Origin: Cyanophora paradoxa CCMP329
Lineage: Eukaryota > Plantae > Glaucophyta
Length of the DNA stretch: 64,000 nt
NCBI GenBank assembly: GCA_004431415.1
Contig: QPMI01000514.1
Location: forward strand, 461,888 to 525,887
Direction of reading: 5' to 3'
The notes under the pieces: generated by a model
What the model was told of the DNA's origin: nothing
What the model saw: the letters and a program-made list of their open reading frames with translations, nothing else
The model's database searches: none
In this document: piece by piece, positions 57,101-64,000 of the stretch
How positions within the stretch are numbered: the stretch's first letter is position 1
Layout of the letters: the number at the start of each line of letters is the position of its first letter
Position numbers and translations under genes: made by a program

Positions 57101-57730
57101 ATGGCAAAAGGGATTCCTAAGAAGGGATATCGTGAAAGACGCAAGGTCAATGTTGTTGAACCACTAGTTGAAAGTGGGTCGACTGAAGGCGCAGCTGTTG
57201 CTGATCCTAGCGGGGAGCTTGCAAGCAACCCCAAACTAAACGCACCCGTAGCGAAAACAATTGCGTCGGCAGCAGCTAACGCAAGTGCGATTGACGACCG
57301 ACAAAGCCAGGCTAAAACTGTAAACGAAATGCAGTCTGATATCGATGATGATGCTGCTAGAATTATCCAAGCCATGGCATCTGAACCACGTTATTCAGGG
57401 CCAAAAATCAAGACAGCAACAGTATCAAAGAGTCAGATCGAGGAACTAACAGCTAAATTGCGAGATCTCGAGGCTCGATCAGCTAATATCGAATCGTATG
57501 TAAAAGACAAGCAAGAAAGAGCTAAGATCCGCGAGATGTTGCGAAGCGAGATGTTTAAGCACAGACCTATGGACGTACCAGATTTACGCTATTTGAAAAA
57601 TGAAAAAATAAAGGCTTCACAAGTTCTCGATTCTGCCGAAGTAAAGCCAGCAACTCCCAATATTTCTGAGCCAAATTCTACTGGGTCGCAACTGAAGAAT
57701 GCGATGGGAGGGAGACGAATTCGTCTGTGA
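57101..57730 (+). CDS. Hypothetical coiled-coil viral protein
   Basis: 209-aa ATG ORF starting 9 bp after the ATPase stop. Confidence 0.65.
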   Translation: MAKGIPKKGYRERRKVNVVEPLVESGSTEGAAVADPSGELASNPKLNAPVAKTIASAAANASAIDDRQSQAKTVNEMQSDIDDDAARIIQAMASEPRYSGPKIKTATVSKSQIEELTAKLRDLEARSANIESYVKDKQERAKIREMLRSEMFKHRPMDVPDLRYLKNEKIKASQVLDSAEVKPATPNISEPNSTGSQLKNAMGGRRIRL

Positions 57731-57938
57731 AATCTGGTAGTTCAACTGTAGGACGTCGTTGATGCAAAGTCAAATCTTCTAATTGCGAAATCTCAAATGC
57801 ACGCTGCAATTCACGTTTATCATACTCACGAAGATGTTCCCAAGACATTAGCCATTCGGCATATTTCGGATCGGTTAAAACAACCTTCAAATGAGTCTCA
57901 CCTCGGTACTTCCCAAATCGAATTGTTCCTGCGACCAT
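57678..57938 (-). CDS. Small FGKY-motif protein (DUF3820/ExoX C-terminal-like)
   Basis: IRFGKYRGE......DPKYAEWL motif. Confidence 0.65.
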   Translation of the reverse strand: MVAGTIRFGKYRGETHLKVVLTDPKYAEWLMSWEHLREYDKRELQRAFEISQLEDLTLHQRRPTVELPDFTDEFVSLPSHSSVATQ

Positions 57939-58039
57939 TTTGTTTTATATAAACCGCTGCGATTTAATTTTTCGATTTGAACGCGCCATAAACGTTTCTC
58001 GAATTTCTTTCCTATATATCAATCACATACCCACTCATA

Positions 58040-58357
58040 ATGGACAGTGCGGAAATCACGGCTGCTTCCCGTCCACGAGGCAGGCCTCGCAAGAATTTTG
58101 AGAAGCCTGTGCACATACGTAGTGAGGTTACGCCAGAGATACTTGCAGAGAGACGCAAAAGACGTGCAGATCTGCAGCGAAAGCGATACCATGAAAATCC
58201 AGATTACCGGCAGCGGCAGATTGCTGTCTCCCGTCAATATAACCTTGCACACCCTGAACGAAAACTTGACAACGACCGAAAATACCGAGAGCGAAGGCGC
58301 ACTGAAATTAGGTCGCTAATTGCGGCGGGCATAGTTTCCAGCGACCTTACTTCCTAA
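58040..58357 (+). CDS. Small basic DNA-binding protein with AT-hook
   Basis: RPRGRPRK AT-hook followed by R/K/Y-rich helical repeats. Confidence 0.65.
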   Translation: MDSAEITAASRPRGRPRKNFEKPVHIRSEVTPEILAERRKRRADLQRKRYHENPDYRQRQIAVSRQYNLAHPERKLDNDRKYRERRRTEIRSLIAAGIVSSDLTS

Positions 58358-59245
58358 TCGCAGTGAAGGCTCCCCTGCAACCTCTAGTGTTTTGAGCTCA
58401 CGAGCTTGCCGACTTTGTCCGCTATACTTTTTCGTTTCAATGAGACCCTCGCGCCGTAGCTGTTGCTCTTGCTTTGCTTTGGCCGCAGCTCGTTCTATTT
58501 TTGACTGATTTGGAAGCTGTCTCGGGGCTCGAATTTCTGAAGGCTTGATTCTACGGCTTAATATCTGTCCCTCTTTGGTTGCGACCCTTATTCGGTTCCT
58601 GTCCTGTCCCACGACTGTGTACGTCTCCTTGCTCGGTTTCGTAGCTCCCTTCGCAAAGATGCTGCTCTTAGGCTCCAGTATCTGCACCTCAGTCCCTGGC
58701 TTTGGTAGATTCAACGCGTCTCTCTCAATGTCGTTCTGTCGTTGACGCACCTGGTGCAGCTGGGCAGCGATCTGCGGGTGATCTCGCATCCAGGCTGGTG
58801 AATACTCTCTGCCAAAAGAGCTGTGTTTTGTTTGATTGTATGCCTTGATCAAAGCAGGCAGCCGGGAGAGAAAATTCGGCGACCCTCGTTCCTCTGTGTC
58901 TGCCTGAATCAGGGCTCGCAATGTCCGTGCGAATCGATCGATGATTGCTAGCTTGTCGCCTTTCGATATGTGATCATCCTTAGCGACGTCAGTGTGCATC
59001 GAAAATGAATTCTCTTCGGCCATTGCCCGCACAGCAGCCGTATTAAAGCCGTTGTCGCCCGAAAAACCCCAGATCCCCGGCAGCTGAGCGATGAATTTCG
59101 GAATCTGTTTAGCATCTTCAAGCTTTCTGACAACGGCGAATCGAGTTGCAATCTCAATCGCTGCAAATAGTCGAAAACGTCCTATGAAAAGTATATCAAC
59201 CTGCCAAGCGCCTGGCGGTGCAGTGATTTTGAATGAGGGTGCCAT
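58316..59245 (-). CDS. Retroviral-like (rve) integrase of Polinton type
   Basis: WQVDILF (D1), IEIATRFA, FSGDNG (D2), IIDRFARTLR (third acidic position), LIKAYNQTKHSS, C-terminal SH3-like FAKG...YTVV. Confidence 0.88.
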   Translation of the reverse strand: MAPSFKITAPPGAWQVDILFIGRFRLFAAIEIATRFAVVRKLEDAKQIPKFIAQLPGIWGFSGDNGFNTAAVRAMAEENSFSMHTDVAKDDHISKGDKLAIIDRFARTLRALIQADTEERGSPNFLSRLPALIKAYNQTKHSSFGREYSPAWMRDHPQIAAQLHQVRQRQNDIERDALNLPKPGTEVQILEPKSSIFAKGATKPSKETYTVVGQDRNRIRVATKEGQILSRRIKPSEIRAPRQLPNQSKIERAAAKAKQEQQLRREGLIETKKYSGQSRQARELKTLEVAGEPSLRLGSKVAGNYARRN

Positions 59246-62200
59246 TAGTTATTCGAAATATTTTTATAGTGACCTATCGCCCTGGTGTTCACACCATCCT
59301 CGCACAGGAATCGCTTGGTATCAAGCGGGTGTAGGGCTTGCTTTGATGTCCGCTGTAGCCAGATCCGGTGCTGTTTCGATCTGAAGCCGAGAATTCCATC
59401 TACGTTGCATGATATGCCCCCAAAGATGCAGTCGTAGTATCGCTCTCGTGTCAGCGAGCTGCTGAACGTCTTGTTAACGCCCTTGCACTTGTGCACTTCT
59501 GATTCCTCTGTGCTCATGAAGTAAGATTTAGGCCGGTTCGCGATCCACTCAAGCATTTGTCTGCCGCCACACTCATCCTTGAACAGCCCGGGAACCTTGC
59601 CCATCGATCGTAGTCGCTGCACTTCGTCTTCTGACATCCCTTCAAAGAACGGGTGACTCATAGGGTATTCACTGACATCTAGCTCGCATTTGATTTTGCG
59701 AAGGTCCTCGTATAAATTTTCGGTCTCAATCTCAATTATGAGACTGTCTGTATCTGTACCAAGTAGCTTGAGTCGATCACCCCAAAGCGCTTTCAGCACC
59801 TTGTAGTAAAACCGATACATATGTAGCTTTGATAGATCAAGGATCGCGAACCCACAGTAGATCGGTTTGTTGAGTTTGTATTCGCTCTTTCGCTTATTTA
59901 CATACACCAAGTTTTCGTCATAGATAGCGACCTGTCTCAAGCGGTTCGGCTCTGTGTTGATTTTCGCTAGTCGTTCTCCTGTTGTCACAAGCTCTGAATT
60001 GCAGTGCTTTCGTACGTTTTCCATCGTTTTCCCAAACACCGCATTATTTAGTAGCTTATAAAGATCTTTTTCATACGGGAATTCTGCCTGTTTTCGCTTC
60101 AGAGTGTTCAAATCGATATAGCTCTCTAGCCATGCACTTTGCTCGAACGAAAGCACTCTGTGTATTTTATAAACAACCATCCCCATCGACACATAAAACT
60201 GCAGCACTCGTGCATCTACTACGTAATTCTTCTTCGGCAGCAAGTTTGGGACTAGCTTTGGCGTTCTCTCGATCCCGCTTAGTTTTTCATGCTCAATAGT
60301 TTCTCGCTGCGCCTCTGATAGGTGCTCTTTTGATACACACATACGCTCAGGAGCTAGTGGATAATCGCTAAAATAATCATGTAGCTCTTCAGGACAATAC
60401 ATGTCAACCTCGAGAGAAAACCCTCGTGGACCGTTTGCATCTAGGTCTGTGATATACAGTTTAGGATCAGTAATACCACTGACGTCCTCCCATTTGAAGT
60501 CCCCTGTCGGTAGTTTTTGTTTCATAGAAAGCCCATAAAGGTTGTTCGCATCGAGGTACAGTAACCAGCCCTGCTTTTTTCTGTGACCCACGATGTACTT
60601 ATCAATCCAGGCATTATTAGCTCGAGCATATCTTTTTGATATCATAGAGATTCCTCCACGGATCCCTTTCTCAATAAAGCGGTGCATATCCTCCTGTCCT
60701 TCGTGAAACAGCTCCAGTTGCTGGCCAGTGTGTTTCAAAGCTGCTTGCCACGAGAAACCTGGAATGCTCATAAAGTAGCTTGGGTCCAGCTTATAAGTCT
60801 CCATACACGTGTCACGGTAGTTTTCAAATATGTCTCCTAGAAGAGCTATGTCTGTCTTCATATACTCCATTGTATAATCAGCCATTGTCCTGCAACCAAG
60901 CTCACGCCAGACCGACTGAGCGTGGATATAATCATCACGAGAGCACTTCAACTGTTTTAGCTCATTGTAAAATTGGCGGCGTCCTGGTAGTGATGTCTCT
61001 GCAAGACGATCCCAGCCCGTAATGTACTTGTATGGATAGACACCCTTGCGCGTCATTAGTTTGAACCGTGTCTCGCTCTCATGTAGTGCATGCGTGATCT
61101 TCTTTTTCACATCAGGTACTGCAGCCGCAAGGCTATCGAGACTACCCTGCAGGTGCTGAGCAGAGTCACGGAAAACGTAAATGCCGTATGTAAACTGTGA
61201 AATTCGCTCGCTGTTCTGAAACACCTGGTCAAACTTCGTCGACAGTAACTCACGAGGACGTAGTGTGCGCTCAAGCCGCTTCCTTGCATTTTTCTCATGA
61301 TCTGCGCTCAGCTCACGCCCTGCGTATTTGGCTTGAAACTTGCGCTCAACCTCAGCTCTGAATGCATTTTCTGCGACTTTCCGCCGGTTGTAGCCTGCTG
61401 CCAAAGCCCTCACTAATAGGTGAAAGTCAAATCCTCGGCCATTGTGAAAGAATATTGGGACGGCGGCAGCTTTTGCTCGTCGCCTGTTGCAGGCATTGCA
61501 GGCCGCTCCAAGATACTGCCCGGAGTCGTGGCAGTGATCTCGATTTTTATCTTTGACTTCTTTGAACTCGCTTCCACACATATAGCACGTTTCTGCTGCT
61601 TGAAAGGAGCGCTCTTGTTCCTGCGTAATCTGCATCGTCGCTTTCTCCTCCAAGATTCCCTTAAACTGCGGCTCTTTTTCATCTAGCCAAGTAACAAATG
61701 CCTCTGCAGACTCCTCAGTTTGCGAGCCCATATGCGAGAACCAAAACTGCTCCTGTTGCCTCGTCTCTGAATTTTCAACGCTTTCTACAGTTTCATTCGT
61801 TCCTTGATTTTGTCCCTTGTTTAGGATAACTAAGCACCCGATCGAAGATATTGCGTGAACGCCTAGCTGCTTCGTCTTTGCTGGACTCTCGGTCTGCAAA
61901 ACAGGTAGAGTCATTGTTTCCGAGTCAGCATATCCAACAAGCCTTTGCCGAATCGTCTTCTCGAAGCTGTTGAATTTTATAAAGTGCTCGCCCTTTTTCG
62001 GAAGCACGTCCCTGGCGTGCTCATCTCGATCAAGGCACCGGTCGTATTTAAGATGATTCTGAAAGGCCTCGTCTGAGCCAAAGCCGCACTGGCAGGCCAA
62101 GCAATAGTGCTTCGCATTCGACCCATGCTTTCCAAACAGGCGCGATATGTTCTTTATCCACAAATAATGTCCCACATCATTCCCGTCGCCTGCTGGCACG

Positions 62201-63288
62201 TACAGTATGGGTATAGCATCCGTTGCTGCGCTTATGTGGATTGGAATGACGTCTTGCTTGTCTAGCGCAGTCGTGTAGACACAGAGTTTAACATTATTTG
62301 CACACTCAAATTTACTGAACATTTTCGAATCGAGTGGTGTCGGATACGTTAGCATCGTACAATCTAGCGATGCCTCGTGCTGCCGATAGCTTCCTGCATG
62401 TCTCGAATCCACCCCTGGGGCCAGCGGATTGCGCGCTGCGAGGACAGCATATTTAAAGCACTCGTTGTTTGGTGCATTGATATTGATCAAGGCCTGCTTG
62501 AGTGCAAGCCAGCTCGGAAGTACAAACCCACGTCCACGGCCGCCCATACGTCTAAAATATCTAATCACTGTAAAGCGTAGCTTAATCCATGTCTCGAAAG
62601 CGGAAGAATCACGACTCTTTTCCTGCGCAATAGTATCTAGCTCCTCCAGCTGTGAGCGGATCGCCTCAACAACGTCTGACCCTGGGAGTATGCGGTAAAA
62701 TTTCCTGTGCTCAATGACTACTGCAAGCGCTGAGTCTTCGTTTGGCTTTCGATAGAGTCCAACTCCTGATACCTGTAAAGCTATACCCATTCGATCCTGA
62801 CTCGCTAATTCTTGCTGCACGCTCGCAAACGCCACTGCGCCTGCTCTGAACCTCGCATTATTTTCGAGCTGCGCCTGCATCGACGTGACTCGGCCTGTTC
62901 CACGTGAGGGCCTGTACTCCCAGTCAGCGTATGTCCCGTTCAGCGCTGTACGTGTCGTCACTGTGCCGCCCTCCTCTGCAATTTCAGTTTCGCTGAACTC
63001 GCTCACACTCGGATCGGGAAGCTCTGAAAATCCTGCTACAATACCCTCAGCAATAGCAACCTCTAGCCGAGCAGCTGAAACTGGTCTCGGCGGTCTTGGT
63101 ACTGTTGAAAGCTCGTTCAAAAGTGATGCGTATTTCTGAAGTGTCGGTAGTCTCGTACGTGAGCCACTCGCACTGATGCGCTGTAGTTTGTTTCTAAATT
63201 GTCCATGAATAAACCTGCGATTGTACAAAACCTCGGCCTGGCCTGCTATCTGCTCTTTGAGCCGCGCGATCTCAAACCGTCGTTCCAT
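59245..63288 (-). CDS. Protein-primed family B DNA polymerase with N-terminal vOTU-like protease, C2H2 finger and endonuclease VII-like Zn insert
   Basis: Exo YADSE, FHNGRGFDFH, YMKTDI; polymerase YLDANNLYGLSM, KLLNNAVFGKT, GTDTDS, GLFKDE; RKGVYPY; NNECFKYAV...GHY; CYMC...RDHCHDSGQYLGAACNACN. Confidence 0.97.
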   Translation of the reverse strand: MERRFEIARLKEQIAGQAEVLYNRRFIHGQFRNKLQRISASGSRTRLPTLQKYASLLNELSTVPRPPRPVSAARLEVAIAEGIVAGFSELPDPSVSEFSETEIAEEGGTVTTRTALNGTYADWEYRPSRGTGRVTSMQAQLENNARFRAGAVAFASVQQELASQDRMGIALQVSGVGLYRKPNEDSALAVVIEHRKFYRILPGSDVVEAIRSQLEELDTIAQEKSRDSSAFETWIKLRFTVIRYFRRMGGRGRGFVLPSWLALKQALININAPNNECFKYAVLAARNPLAPGVDSRHAGSYRQHEASLDCTMLTYPTPLDSKMFSKFECANNVKLCVYTTALDKQDVIPIHISAATDAIPILYVPAGDGNDVGHYLWIKNISRLFGKHGSNAKHYCLACQCGFGSDEAFQNHLKYDRCLDRDEHARDVLPKKGEHFIKFNSFEKTIRQRLVGYADSETMTLPVLQTESPAKTKQLGVHAISSIGCLVILNKGQNQGTNETVESVENSETRQQEQFWFSHMGSQTEESAEAFVTWLDEKEPQFKGILEEKATMQITQEQERSFQAAETCYMCGSEFKEVKDKNRDHCHDSGQYLGAACNACNRRRAKAAAVPIFFHNGRGFDFHLLVRALAAGYNRRKVAENAFRAEVERKFQAKYAGRELSADHEKNARKRLERTLRPRELLSTKFDQVFQNSERISQFTYGIYVFRDSAQHLQGSLDSLAAAVPDVKKKITHALHESETRFKLMTRKGVYPYKYITGWDRLAETSLPGRRQFYNELKQLKCSRDDYIHAQSVWRELGCRTMADYTMEYMKTDIALLGDIFENYRDTCMETYKLDPSYFMSIPGFSWQAALKHTGQQLELFHEGQEDMHRFIEKGIRGGISMISKRYARANNAWIDKYIVGHRKKQGWLLYLDANNLYGLSMKQKLPTGDFKWEDVSGITDPKLYITDLDANGPRGFSLEVDMYCPEELHDYFSDYPLAPERMCVSKEHLSEAQRETIEHEKLSGIERTPKLVPNLLPKKNYVVDARVLQFYVSMGMVVYKIHRVLSFEQSAWLESYIDLNTLKRKQAEFPYEKDLYKLLNNAVFGKTMENVRKHCNSELVTTGERLAKINTEPNRLRQVAIYDENLVYVNKRKSEYKLNKPIYCGFAILDLSKLHMYRFYYKVLKALWGDRLKLLGTDTDSLIIEIETENLYEDLRKIKCELDVSEYPMSHPFFEGMSEDEVQRLRSMGKVPGLFKDECGGRQMLEWIANRPKSYFMSTEESEVHKCKGVNKTFSSSLTRERYYDCIFGGISCNVDGILGFRSKQHRIWLQRTSKQALHPLDTKRFLCEDGVNTRAIGHYKNISNN

Positions 63289-63436
63289 TTAACAATAGCG
63301 CTCCAAAAGATTTTCGGAGAAAGCGCGCAACCAACCGCTCGTTACTATAGGGCGGTGCTATTCCTTTATAACATGTCACTGGTGCTGCTCATGGCAAGCT
63401 AGGAATTACAGTGAATGTAAAAAGTTACTCTCTCCA

Positions 63437-64000
63437 GAGGCCGCACCAGAGCGCTCTTGGGACACGAAGTGCTTCAATGTACTCATCATTATCGCCTAGA
63501 TAGAGCTAAACGCTTTTCCTCTGGTTGCTTCAATGTTCTCATTCATATCGCCTAAAATTAACCTAAACGTGCTTCCTCTGTTAGCTTCATCGTACTCATC
63601 TATATCGCCTAAAATTAACCTAAACGTGCTTCCTCTGTTAGCTTCGATGTAAACATCAATTTCGTCTAGAATTGAGCTAAACGTGTTTCCTCTGTTAGCT
63701 TCATTGTACACATTAATATCGTCTAGACTATTCTTACTTGTTGCTCTGCAGACCGCGCGCAAGGGGGCCGCGCTCCTCTTCGTCTATTCTTCTTCACAGC
63801 TCTGCCTTGTATAGTCGTCAGATATTGCTTGGCTTCGTCCTAGGGAGTGGGTCGGTAGACGTAACAAGAGAGCGGGGTAGACGTAACGAGAGAGCGGGGT
63901 TGGAGTGATAGCGGGGTGGACGCTAGGGCTGGTGCAGCGAGAGAGGTGGTGATGGGATGGGGGTGGCGGAGAGGGGTGGGCCACCGCGGTGGGCTCTCTC
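63437..64000 (-). repeat. Right terminal inverted repeat (truncated by window end)
   Basis: Reverse complement of 42524-43088. Confidence 0.95.

Larger units (their letters stand above)
42524..64000. mobile_element. Endogenous Polinton/Maverick-like virus (at least 21.5 kb; right end runs off the window)
   Basis: Long TIRs, pPolB, rve integrase, packaging ATPase, DJR major capsid, pentons; gene-dense, intron-less and much lower GC than the host flank. Confidence 0.95.

Noticed and set aside
42524-64000. Prophage or bacterial contamination
   Set aside because: The pPolB + rve + DJR capsid + TIR combination is Polinton-like, there are no terminase, portal or tail-tube genes, and it is contiguous with intron-rich eukaryotic DNA.

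Overview
Two compartments. (1) About 1-39620 is the genome of a very GC-rich, intron-dense eukaryote, probably a protist (species not determinable from the window). It carries spliced genes for a DSP-family pseudophosphatase, RRP1/Nop52, a UBTD-like protein, an ABCB-type transporter with a cNMP-binding-like domain, a coiled-coil/WW protein, a PI3-kinase and an F-box/LRR/ankyrin protein. Most long six-frame ORFs in this part are GC-driven shadow frames. (2) After a palindrome-rich spacer and a tyrosine recombinase gene (41443-42381), 42524-64000+ is an AT-richer, intron-less endogenous Polinton/Maverick-like virus with at least 564-bp terminal inverted repeats. It encodes protein-primed PolB, an rve integrase, a packaging ATPase, a double-jelly-roll major capsid, two divergent pentons and a patatin phospholipase. 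About a third of its genome is a fibre cassette: four paralogues with a shared N-terminal domain and two classes of head (two are C1q-like), a small phage-type fibre accessory protein, and one giant HxH-repeat fibre. Separately, a decayed copy of a host gene shows a repeated mutational signature in which a 3-mer X becomes X-revcomp(X)-X (+6 nt); this could explain the palindrome-saturated intergenic DNA. Exon boundaries of host genes are approximate, and all family calls are from motif recognition, not database searches.
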